From positions 62,727,636-62,791,635 of the forward strand of contig NC_085841.1 of the NCBI RefSeq assembly GCF_035594765.1: a DNA stretch of 64,000 nt, written 5' to 3'. Below are positions 53,425 to 64,000 of this stretch, one piece after another. Source of the stretch: Anolis carolinensis. Taxonomy: Eukaryota. How positions within the stretch are numbered: the first letter of the stretch is position 1; every line of letters begins with the position of its first letter. Below the pieces are notes generated by a model. The model saw nothing but the letters and a program-made list of their open reading frames with translations, had not been told where the DNA came from and made no database searches. Position numbers and translations under genes: made by a program.

Positions 53425-54069
53425 CTAAGATTAACCCAAAGGGAGAAAAAGGCATCTGCTGTAGAATTTTGTAAAATTATATTCTAACAAAATATGTCAT
53501 ACTGACCCATTACTCTTAACAGTGTTAATGTGCTGGCATAACAATTGGATCATGCATATACAGTGTTCATGGGGAAATTATGTGCTGTTGTGATCATATC
53601 CTGTTGTCAGCTTACGGTGGGAAATGACTTGGACACTATGTGAACAGAATCTTGGATTAGATAAGTCTCAGGCCTGATTCAATATGGTTGTTTTTGCATT
53701 CTGGACATCATAGTTATACATGAAGACAGAGCTCTATCAAATGAATTGTTCCTTTATTATATATCCTTTATGTATTGAGTTTGGTCATAAATTAAAAGCT
53801 GCAATCTAATAGTAAGCTTCATACAGTTAAATGACAATGGTGCAGATATAAACACTGCAGGACTAATGAGCCCTTGTGGTTTATTTCATCACAAATCTCA
53901 GTGGTAAACAAAAATAGGCCAGAGATCTTTTAAAACTAATAACACTGACTCACTCTGGTTATGTGTCCATTTTTAAAGTTGTATATATGCATGCATCTTC
54001 CTCACATAATTTTGCTCAGATATGCTCATTACTAGCCTGGAATTTTCCATCATGTCATGTAGTCTAGTC

Positions 54070-54433
54070 CAGGGGTCCTCAAATTTTTTAAGCAGAGGGC
54101 TGGTTCATGGTCCCTCGGACTGTTTGGGGGCTGGGCTATCGTTTGGAAAAAAAAATGAACAAATTCCTATGCACAAATTCCTATATCACAAATGAACAAA
54201 TTCCTATATCTTATTTGTAGTACAAAAAAAATGAAAGAACAATACAATATTTAAAATGAAGAACAATTTTAACCAAAATTATCAGTATTTCAATGGGAAG
54301 TGTATGTCTGTTTTTGGCTGATGACATAGTCAAGTTAATTAGGATTATTGTTGATCTGTGCCTTTAAGTTGTTTCAGGTATATTATGTTGGAGCGCCGCA
54401 TCCGGCCTGTGGACCTTAGCCTGGGGACCCCTG
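54070..54433. mobile_element. Non-autonomous hAT element
   Basis: CAGGGGTCCTCA...TGGGGACCCCTG with perfect TSD GTCTAGTC. Confidence 0.9.
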
Positions 54434-54500
54434 GTCTAGTCTGTTGTACTTCAAGCATTGAGAAGTTTACAAATTACAGTGCCTCACAGATAATGTTTAC

Positions 54501-54629
54501 CGTAATATTAGTGCCAGTTAAGCGATTTATCCGATCCATGTGTTTGCAGAACTCAGGGCCATGAGAATCATGATCTTTGTTATTATAAGTGACAAACAAC
54601 AGAGCATGAATCATTTCATGCAAAAGAGT
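54501..54629 (-). CDS. SPRTN: SPRTN exon 3 (HEXXH metalloprotease active site)
   Basis: ttcag|TLLHEMIHALLFVTYNNKDHDSHGPEFCKHMDRINRLTGTNIT|gtaaac; 129 nt. Confidence 0.97.
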
Positions 54630-55625
54630 CTGAAATTTAAAAAAAATCACTGGATTAGTTGAAGTGTTTATTTCTTAATAAGAAGCAGTTATCTACAATT
54701 GACTTAAAACAGAGATTGGCAGAAACAGTTTAAAATAAGCACTGTTCATTGTAATCGATCTGGCCTTTAAACTAAAATCAAAATGCCAAAGCTGGCAAAC
54801 AAGGAAAGGAACAAAGAAGGATGCAGGAGCTCAAAATTCACAGCCAGCTTTATAGGATGTCAAATTTATTAGTCTGACCTGACATTTTATTTGACCTGAC
54901 ACCCAAGTCCATAAATGAGGTGGGCAAGAGTAAATACATGTCTGACTGTGACAACTACGTGAGCTAGTACAGTTGGGTGAGAGATACTTCCTCTCTTCAG
55001 ACTTTTTCTGGGCACTGGGGTTGTGTTACTTTTAAAGGGCTCTTAATTTTTGCCAGAAGAGAAATGTGATTCTATGTTTTTCTTGAAACGAAAATGTGAG
55101 GTGAAGTGAGTGTTAATATTTTTGTTGTTTTTGTATACAGCAAATTACCTCAAAACAAAACAAAATTATTTTCCATTTTAAGCATTTAATTTTGTGATGC
55201 CTCTCCTTCTGTACAAATTTCAAAGGTTGAAGATCTGAGAAGCATATTTCTTTAAAATCAAAGTTAAAGTATATTCAATATGCTACATGCATCACACCCA
55301 CCTTACTTTTTGACAGCTGCTCAAATCATTGGATCCTATTATTTTAGAGCAGTGGTTCTTAACTTTTAGTCTGACAGGTGCTTTGGACTTCAGTTCCCAT
55401 AATTCCAAACGGCTGGTAAGATGGCTATGATTTCTGGAAGTTGAAATCCAAAATACCTGGAGGACCAAAGGTTAGGAACTACTGTTTTAGAGGATTAAAA
55501 ATCACTTACAAAAGATAGAGTACTCCCTTAAGCACAGCTGTGTCTCTAAACATCTAAGAACATCAACAGCATTAAAAGCAGAAGACAAATGCAGTCACAT
55601 TATTTAGCAGAGGGAAAGGAAATTT

Positions 55626-56360
55626 CACAGAATCATAGTTGGAAAAAACCACGTGGGCCATCTAGTCCAATCCCTTGCCATGCAGGAAATGCACAACCAA
55701 AGCTCCCCCGACAGATGCCCATCCAGCCTGTTTAAAAGCTTCCAAAGGAGGAGCTTCCACCACACTCTGAGGCAGAGTTTCATTGTTAAACACCTCTTAC
55801 GGTCAGGAAGTTCTTCCTAATGTTCAGGTGGAATCTCCTTTCCTGTAATTTGAACTGATTTCTCTGAAACCTAGTCTCCAAGGCAGCAGAAAAAAAGTCT
55901 GCTCCTTCTGTCTTATGACATCCTTTCTAGTATTTAAACATGACTATCATGTCTCCTCTTCTCAACCTTCTCTTCTGCAGGATAAACAGCCCCAGCACTT
56001 TAAGCTGCTTCTTTGATCATTTTAGTTGTCCTCCTCTGGACACATTCCAGCTTGTAAATATCTCTTGTGAAGTCTGACCAAAGCAGAATAGAGAGGGCAC
56101 CATTACTTCCCTTGATCTAGACCAGTGGTTCTTAAAGTGTGCTCTGCGCTTCCCTCAACTCCAAAGGGTGGTGGTCAGTGGGCTTGGTGAGTCTCATCAG
56201 CCAGTCAGTTACATGGTAATTTTTGCCCCAGAGAGACAGCATACTTAGAATCATAGAGTTGGAAGAGATCTTGTGGGCCAAACAGTTCAACTCCCTGTCA
56301 AGAAGCAGGAAAATCACATTCAAAGCACCCCCGACAGATGGCCATCCAGGCTCTGTTTAC
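55626..56360 (-). mobile_element. CR1 LINE 3' fragments (two) with an intervening hAT piece
   Basis: CR1 3' UTR and ORF2 end; (TTCTA..)n-type tails on minus. Confidence 0.8.
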
Positions 56361-56980
56361 TTCTCGAGACATCCTATCATGTTTGCAAATCACCGGTTTT
56401 GTTCCCCTCCGGAGGGAGTCCCCTACCACCAGCACACGTCTGTGATGCACGTCTACTGTGATGACTAACAGGGTCACCTTCCTGTAAGGTGCTCCTCAGG
56501 TCTCCTGAGACCAAGAGCCATATAACCCAAACTATCAAAGCAGATAATTCATATTATCTGTTTTGAACTGGATTATCTGAGTCCACACTGCCATATAATC
56601 CAGTTCAATGTGGATTTTATACAGCTGTGTAGAAGGCTCCATACCCTGTTGTCCTCGTTCTTGTTATCACTTTTGACTGAAATCTGTAACTCTAAACTGG
56701 CCTCCTCCTCAAGCATCCCCCCCCCCTCTGCATCATCAAGAACAATCTAGTCAGTTATGTCCAAGACCCCTTCAGAGATAAATGATCTGTCTTTCCTATC
56801 CTGGGGCTTAATAAACTCATATCAAATAGGACATCAAACATAATGTTCATATAAGGAGCTAGATAACTACTATTAAGATTCAAGGGCCTTCTGGACACAT
56901 GAATGTACAGGCATGCTAGCTACAATAAATATACTACAATTTGTTCCATGTCTCTCTAAAAAGACTACCATCAACAGTAC

Positions 56981-57080
56981 CTCTACAAGGTCCTTCCTTG
57001 GTCGCAACTTTAGAAGGGGCTCACTAAGTCGAATGGAGCACATTCCACCACGGCCTTCATAGCAGCAAACTCCTGCACAT
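56981..57080 (-). CDS. SPRTN: SPRTN exon 2
   Basis: ctag|(L)CAGVCCYEGRGGMCSIRLSEPLLKLRPRKDLVE|gtactg; 100 nt. Confidence 0.97.
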
Positions 57081-57657
57081 CTAGAAGAGTATAAAGCAAA
57101 AACAACAAACATTTACTTTCTACTGCATGTATGTATAACACATTAGGTTTATTGCCTTACTTGAAATAGAAGGCTGGACGATAGTTCTTGGGAGTAAATA
57201 ATCAGGATCCTTCTTTTTTACAGTAAATTTATGTTAGAAAACCTAAGACTGTGATTAGTACCCATTTTTTCAACAAGTTTATTGATCAACAAGTGAACTG
57301 TCACATCTTCCTGACTTCTAATTTGATATCACATACCGCAAGCTATTTTTAAATTGGATACAAAGTCTAACCTAAGAGACTGGTACCCAATGTTTTATTT
57401 ACTAATTGTAAGTGTATTTATTAAGAAACAGGTTCATTATTATTCAATAACTTAAGCTAGTCATAAATAAAATATCACTCAAGTGTAAATTTAGATTTTT
57501 TTTCTTAGTCTTTTCTCTTCCCCATCTTTTTTCCTTTGGGGGTGGTTGTAATCAATTTCACTTTCCCCAGGAGCCTTACACAATTATAGTGCTGTCATTC
57601 CACTTTAACAATCACACCTACACCGTGGGGAATACTTAGGTTTAGAATTTGGGGAGC

Positions 57658-58569
57658 TGTTAGAACTTCCTGATAATAAGAACTGTTTGGCAGTGGCATA
57701 TGCTTCCTCAGAGGGTGGTGTGATGACTCATGGGCCATGTAGTCCCGTTCCTAGTACTATTGTGGCAGATGAAGAGGAAAACTTGGGTTTTCCACCGTTT
57801 CAGCCAGAATTGGAGCCCTTGCACCTGCAAGATGTTTGGCCACAAGAAGTCAGCCAAACAAGCCTTGAGCAGAAATCTCCCCCATTTTCTCGCCGGGATT
57901 ATTATAATCAAGATAGAAGCGCTCGGGAGGCGACTCGCAGGAGCGCCAGGATAGCTGCCAGACAATTAGCTGATTAAGTCTGTTTCCCTTGGGAAACTTT
58001 AAGGAGTCATGCATCTGGACACAGTATGGGTTTCGTTTCTTGTTCCCAGGGAAAGTGTTCCTTGGCGGGAAAACAAGATCCTATATAGGTGTTTGTCCGC
58101 AAAGAAATCCTTGCGGAGTCAATTCGTCAGCTGGAGGAGTGAGATCGTGTGTAGACTTCGTACTCCAGTTCCCTGTTTCCCGGATCAAATTTCCAGCCTT
58201 GCCTTGTCCCGCGTTTACCACGGACCTTGTATTTGCTCTTGTTGCCTTGTTTCGAGTCTTGTTCTAGCCAAGTATCAAGTTTGCTTCCAGCCTATTTGCC
58301 AAGTTTCTATGGACTTAAGGACCTTGTCTTCTCCCCACACTTTGCTTGGCAAAGTGTGTGTTTCGGTTATTGGATTATAACTTTGGACTTTAATATCACA
58401 TATTGGACATTATTTTCCTGGACTATATTTGACCTTTCCTGAAAGGCCTACTTCTGAATTATATTCTACACTTGTTTTTATTGACTTTATATATTTTCTT
58501 AATAAAGACATTAGATAGATTCTGGTCTCTGCGCATGGTTATTGGTGCTCTGCAGCCTGGGTCCTGACA
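57658..58569 (+). mobile_element. Solo LTR (probably Gypsy-type) in SPRTN intron 1
   Basis: TG...CA ends with inverted termini TGTTAGAAC/GTCCTGACA; TATATA at ~58082; AATAAA at 58501; 912 bp; no clear TSD. Confidence 0.75.
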
Positions 58570-58654
58570 GGTGGTGGCATCTCCTTTTCTGGATGTTTTT
58601 AAGCAGAGGCTGAATGGCCATCTGTCAAGGGTGCTTTCATGGTGGCTGAAGTAA

Positions 58655-58850
58655 GATTGCCTTCCAAGTCAAGGATCTTGGAGGTGGGTCCGTAAGTGTC
58701 TGTAGAGATCTATTCTTGATCCGCACGTTCTTCCACAGTGAGGACATTAGTTTCCAGGTAGAAGGCGGTCCTAACAAGGGTTGGCTTGATTGACACGTTT
58801 CTTCCTTTCACACTTCATTCGAGCCTCTTTATGGCTCATACTAGCCTTCC
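58655..58850 (-). mobile_element. RTE-clade LINE 3' end
   Basis: A minus frame encodes HCGRTCGSRIDLYRHLRTH, the C2H2-like RTE C-terminus. Confidence 0.7.
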
Positions 58851-59984
58851 TTATCCATACTTCCTGGTACTTTTAACCCAGGACTGGAATGGTTTCTTCC
58901 ACTTTGCCCTTTCAAAACTGTGCCATGTAAAGTGGAATAAAGGGGCTGTAATTATGTACTACTGCTGAGTATCCCTTATCCAGAATCCCAAAATATCCTT
59001 AAAATGTCCTTACTGAGATAGTGACACACCTGCTTTCGCATAATTCAATGTACATACATTTTGTGTCATGCACAAAATTATTAAAAATATATCATGTACA
59101 TATTTAGCTTCAGGCTAGGTGTACAGGATGCCTATTAAACATCAATGAATTTAGTGTCCTATCTCCCAGATCTCTCCTTATGTTCAGGGTGGTCCAAAAG
59201 TCACAAAGGCATCTGATATTTTAATACCTTTTTGAGAAAGGAACTGAAAAGATTTTTCACACAATGCAATGCAAATTCATCAATATTAGAACTTTCCAAA
59301 TATTTTATGTTGACAAAACTCTTTTTAGACACAACTCATTTCATAACAACTTTTTTTCTAACAAATGAGAGGTTAAATCAGGCATGGGCAACGTCTGGCC
59401 CTCAACTTCAACTACCACAATTCCTAACAGCCTCGGGCCCCTTCCTTAATGGCTGAAGGGGGAAAGGAAGGGGCCTGAAGCCAGTAATTGTGAGAGTTGA
59501 AGTCCAAAATACCTAGAGGGCCAAACTTTGCCCATGCCTGGGTTAAACCAACCCCTTAAAAGAGGTATGGACAGAGACATAAATTCTAATAACAAAACGT
59601 ACGGAGACACCACATATACCATGAAAACCTTTCATTTATATTTTTAGAAATATATGGTGTATTGATTATTTCACACAGATTCAAGTTTCTTGTTACATTC
59701 GCACGACCCACCTACACACATTAATGTATCGTGAGACAATGTTTGGAAAGCTCTAATGTAGTGGTTCTCAATTTGTGGGTCCCCAGATGTTTTTTGCCTT
59801 TAACTCCCAGAAATCCTAACAGCTGGCTGAGATTTCTGGAGTTGTAGGCCAAAACACCTGGGGACCCACAGGTTGAGAATCACTGCTTTACTGTATCTTA
59901 CGCTACGGCATTGCAGATGAAAAACAAAGACACAAAGGAGTTATTTGATACTGAAATCCCTTCATGGCTTTTGGACCTGGATAT

Positions 59985-60527
59985 CAGGCATGGGCAAACC
60001 TTGGTATGGGCAAACCTTGGCATGGGCAAACTTCTCCAGCTCCAACGCTATGCCTACTTGCTCCCTTCTCCAGCTCTAAGAAGGAGACCTACTTGCTCCC
60101 CTCTCCAGCTCCAAAAATAGGCCTACTTGCTCTTCTCTCAGCTCTGAGAAGGCCGACTTGCTTCCAGCTCTAAGGCCTACTTGATCCCATCTCCAGCTCT
60201 GAGAAGGCCGACTTGCTTCCAGCTCTAAGGCCTACTTGATCCCATCTCCAGCTCTGAGAAAGCCTACTTGCTCCCCTCTCCAGCTCTGAGAAGGCCTACT
60301 TGCTCCCCTCTCCAGCTCTAAGAAGGCCTACTTGCTCCCCTTTCCAGCTGAGAAAGCCTACTTGCTCCCCTCTCCAGGTCTGAGAAGGCCTACTTGCTCT
60401 CCTCTCCAGGTCTAAGAAGGCCTACATGCTCCCCTCTCCAGGTCTGAGAAGAATTCCTACTTGTTCCCTTCTCCAGCTCTGATTTGTGGTCCAAAACACC
60501 TGGAGGGTCAAAGTTTGCGCATGCCTG
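59985..60527. repeat. hAT MITE containing a ~32-bp minisatellite array (~60035-60480)
   Basis: Unit GGCCTACTTGCTCCCCTCTCCAGCTCTGAGAA, roughly 13-15 full and partial copies, between CAGGCATGGGCAAAC and GTTTGCGCATGCCTG; TSD CTGGATAT/CTGTATAT. Confidence 0.9.
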
Positions 60528-60681
60528 CTGTATATGCAAGTGTTCCGAACACCGGAAACACATCCAAGCAGGGCGCACTGTGGGCCCCGGCCGTTTGTTT
60601 CGGAGGAGGCCTGCTGAGCCTTCTTGGCTTGGGGAGCCCCAAGCGAGGCCCCGCCCGCCCGCCGGCCCGCTCCTCACGTAC

Positions 60682-60923
60682 AGCGTCATGCGGGGGCTCC
60701 ACTTCACCTCCACGGCCTCCAGGGCCCCCCAGAAGAGGCTCTGGTTGAATTGCACGAAGAGGCCTCGCACGTCCGGACTGGGATCCAGCAGCTCCCAGCT
60801 CTCATCCACCAGCGACAGCGGCCGCGCCGGTGAGGAGGCCGCCTTGAGGGAGGCCGCACGCTCGCCCTCCTCCGAGTTCCACTCCTCTTGGAGCCGCAGC
60901 GCCAGCAGGAAGTCGCCGTCCAT
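60682..60923 (-). CDS. SPRTN: SPRTN (Spartan/DVC1 DNA-dependent metalloprotease) exon 1
   Basis: MDGDFLLALRLQEEW...SLVDESWELLDPSPDVRGLFVQFN..LFWGALEAVEVKWSPRMT(L)|gtacgt, phase 2. The five exons total 1416 nt = 471 aa plus stop. Confidence 0.95.
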
Positions 60924-61276
60924 TGAAGCGCAGCCTCTCGTTGAGCCCACGGTGTTCAAATCCCGGCGCATGCGCTGTGGGATTGTTGTCTTCCTGCCTC
61001 TAAAAGGGAGTCTCGCCGTCCACTGAAGCGCAGCCTCTCGTTGATCCCACGGCGTTCAAATCCCGGCGCATGCGCTGTGGGTTTGTTCTCTTCCTGCCTC
61101 TGACAGAGTCGCGCGCCTCGCGTAACTGCGACGAGCCGCGCTTTGACGTTTCACGCACCGGCGCACGTAAGCGGTCTTCCGGTCAGGGGCGGGCCCTGCT
61201 TCCGGCGCAGTGACTGACGACTTTCTTCGCGTCGTCCTCCTTTCCTTCCTTGGCGAAGGTTCGTCTCGGCCCGGCC
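60924..61276. promoter_or_regulatory. SPRTN/EXOC8 bidirectional CpG-island promoter
   Basis: 353 bp between divergent ATGs. Two NRF1 GCGCATGCGC, two CHR-like TTTGAA (minus), two ETS CTTCCGG (~61176, ~61199), GC box GGGGCGGG (~61186), TGACGT (~61144). Confidence 0.9.
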
Positions 61277-62842
61277 ATGGCGCTGTCTCTGGGCGAGGTG
61301 GCTCCGGGCGGCGGCGGAGGAGCGGGTGGGAGCCGCTTGAGGCGGCAGCTGGAGTCCGGGAGCTACGCGGCCGAGGAGTACGTGAAGCAGCTCTCGCAGC
61401 AGTCGGACGGCGACCGGGACTTGCAGGAGCACCGCCAGCGCATCCAGGCCCTGAGCGAGGAGACGGCGCAGAGCCTCAAGCGCAACGTCTACCAGAACTA
61501 CCGGCAGTTCATCGAGACGGCGCGCGAGATCAGCTACCTGGAGAGCGAGATGTACCAGCTCAGCCACATCCTGACCGAGCAGAAGGGCATCCTGGAGGCC
61601 GTCACCCAGGCGCTGTTGTTCTTGCAGGCCGACCGCGACGACCCCAGGGCGGCGGGGGCCGCCTCCTCCTCCTCGGACCCGCACGCCAACCCCTTCCTGC
61701 CCCTCTCGGCCAAGGAAGCCGCCGCGGCCAGCGAGGAGGGCCGCCAGCGCAGCCTGACCACCCTCCTGGAGAAGGTGGAGGGCTGCCGAGACCTGCTCCC
61801 CGAGAGCCCCGGCAAGTACCTGGTCTACAACGGGGACCTGGTGGAGTATGACGCCGACCACATGGTCCAGGTCCAGAAGGTACACGCCTTCCTGATGAAC
61901 GACTGCCTGCTGGTGGCGGCCTGGCTGCCCAACCGCCGGGGCACCTACCGCTACGACGCCCTCTACCCACTGGACGGGTTGGCCGTTGTGAATGTCAAGG
62001 ACAACCCACCCATGAAAGACATGTTCAAGCTGCTCATGTTCCCTGAGAGCCGCATCTTCCAGGCTGAGAATGCCAAGATCAAGAAGGAGTGGCTGGAGGT
62101 CCTGGAGGAGACCAAGCGGAGCCGCGTGCTGAGCGAGAAGCGAAGGCTGGAGCAGGAGGTGCCGGCGGCCCGCACGCCTCTCCCAGCCCCTCCAGAGGCC
62201 ACCAACCCCTTTGAGGAGGATGAGGAGGAAGCCGGAGAGGGGGGGACCCCAGAGGAAGAAGTGGTGGATCTCTCCCTGGAGTGGATTCAGGAGTTGCCTG
62301 AAGATCTGGATGTCTGCATTGCCCAGCGAGACTTCGAAGGGGCAGTTGACTTGCTGGATAAGCTGAATGAGTATCTAGGGGATAAGCCCGTGACCCAGCC
62401 GGTCAGGGAGCTACGCGCCAAAGTTGATGAGAGAATCAGGCAGCTCACTGACGTGCTTGTGTTTGAGCTCTCACCAGATAGGTCACTGCGAGGTGGGCCC
62501 AGAGCGACCCGTCGTGCTGTTTCTCAGCTCATTCGGTTGGGTCAGTCAACCAAGGCGTGCGAACTTTTCCTGCGGAACAGGGAAGCGGCCGTTCACACAG
62601 CCATCCGACAGTTGCGCATTGAAGGTGCCACTCTACTGTACATTCACAAGCTTTGCCATGTCTTCTTCACCAGCCTGCTAGAAACTGCAAAGGAGTTTGA
62701 GACGGACTTTGCTGGAAACAGTGGGTGCTATTCGGCTTTTGTTGTCTGGGCTCGATCAGCAATGAGGATGTTCGTGGATGCGTTTAGCAAGCAGGTGTTT
62801 GACAGTAAAGAGAGCTTATCTACTGCTGCTGAATGTGTAAAG
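61277..62842 (+). CDS. EXOC8: Exocyst complex component 8 (Exo84), first coding exon (522 codons); C-terminal part not in window
   Basis: SRLRRQLESG..YVKQLSQQSDGDRDLQEHRQRIQAL..NYRQFIETAREISYLESEM; PH domain (FLMNDCLLVA..KLLMFPESRIFQAENAKIKKEWL); helical domain WIQELPEDLDVCIAQRDFEGAVDLL..SLSTAAECVK; then AAG|GTAAGG. Confidence 0.95.
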
Positions 62843-64000
62843 GTAAGGGCCTAAAGTGACAAGATGGGGGGAAATTGTGTTACCCTTAATTACATGTCCT
62901 CTAGATCACAGCTTCATAAAACTGTGGGCTCCGACCTCAAGTGGGGTCCCTTCGCTCAATGTTGGGGTCCAGAAACATTTGTCTACAGTAAAAGTTTTCT
63001 GAATGTCGGCTAGTGGGTGTTTTGACATTTGCACAAATCTGTTGTGCAGTGTTTACAGTGAATTCTGCAGAAGATGCTTCAGGTATCGTTCATAAAAAGG
63101 AAAATCAGTCTGTTTAGCAATCTTCACAAGTGCTGATTTGTTATCACTAAATATCCTATTGCTACTTATTTTATATACTTGTGTACCCAGGATCACACAA
63201 AAAATTCTTAGGCCAAAAGGAGTCCTGAGTGCAAAAGTTTAAGAATCCCTACTGTGTATGGACACTGCCCTTAGTTCTTTAGTTTTCCAAATAGTATCCT
63301 TGAATGTAGAAGCGAAGTATTGAGTCATCTAGCCCAACTTCCTGTTCTGAGGCAGGATATTCTTTGTGTATGCAGTTATTTATGATGGCTGTGGCTTCAT
63401 GTGCTTCACTTATCCCATGACTCAAGCGCTACTCCAATCATTTCCCCTGTTTTGCTTTCTTGTGCTCTCAAAAGATCTATTGCTATATTTCATAGCAGGG
63501 TAATACCTGTTTTTCTTGCCTCCCTAGCACTAAAGAACCCCGCCCTCTTATCATTTTTGCAGCTAATGTGCAAACTCACTCTGTAACTTGGCTTTATCCC
63601 AAATGCTTTGTTCCCATACTTTCAAGACAAGGTTTTCCTCCTTGTCTTGACTGCCAAAGAAAGACAGCATGTACTGAAAAATGTAGCAGAGAATATAGGT
63701 TGTAATAGTCAGGACAATCTACAGTGATGGTGAGAGATTTTGAGCACTTAATTTTAATCACATTTGGAAAATATTGGAGGGGGGAATTATATCCCAACTC
63801 CACCCCCTTTCCTTCAATTCTTAGCACCATGGAGTGAGTTACAGATTGCCTTTTTCTGATGGCTAGAATGGTGGCAGAAGTGGAAATAAATGCAGTGTCA
63901 TGTACTGCTTTCTGCTTTCCTGGCAGGTTTCTATTTAAAAAACTAATGTTAAAGATTTATGGACCTGACATGACTCAAATTAATGAGGACTGTGTTTTTT

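Noticed and set aside
60035-60480. ~32-bp repeats resembling a CRISPR array
   Set aside because: Head-to-tail units without unique spacers, in a eukaryotic intron with no cas genes; it is a minisatellite.
61250-61276. ORF-track start MAKVRLGPA for EXOC8
   Set aside because: It begins at TTG. The Kozak-context gccATGG at 61277 is the likely start.
61151-62205. Alternative-frame and antisense ORFs over EXOC8
   Set aside because: Explained by high GC3 in the EXOC8 coding sequence.

Overview
Vertebrate (squamate reptile) genomic DNA, most likely Anolis lizard, judged from the Sauria SINE, Penelope, Vingi, R4, Chapaev and hAT MITE content. There are no prokaryotic systems or CRISPR arrays. The window holds the conserved TSNAX-EGLN1-SPRTN-EXOC8 block (human 1q42 synteny). 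TSNAX coding exon 1 is on the minus strand at 1796-1811, and the rest of that gene lies left of the window. EGLN1/PHD2 is complete on plus (5 exons, 16560-39847, 429 aa). SPRTN is complete on minus (5 exons, 60923-51344, 471 aa). The first 522 codons of EXOC8 (plus, from 61277) sit head-to-head with SPRTN. An assembly gap lies at 29210-29342. Points worth follow-up: (1) EXOC8, single-exon in human, is interrupted here by a splice donor. (2) SPRTN appears to lack the mammalian PIP box. (3) A 100-bp tandem duplication spans the SPRTN start codon and an NRF1/CHR module. (4) A CpG-decayed copy of the EGLN1 upstream promoter sits 1.3 kb upstream. (5) One intact minimal hammerhead ribozyme core lies in a Penelope end downstream of EGLN1. 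(6) There may be exons of an unannotated or decayed gene between EGLN1 and TSNAX. Gene and repeat identities come from my recall of the families, not from database searches.
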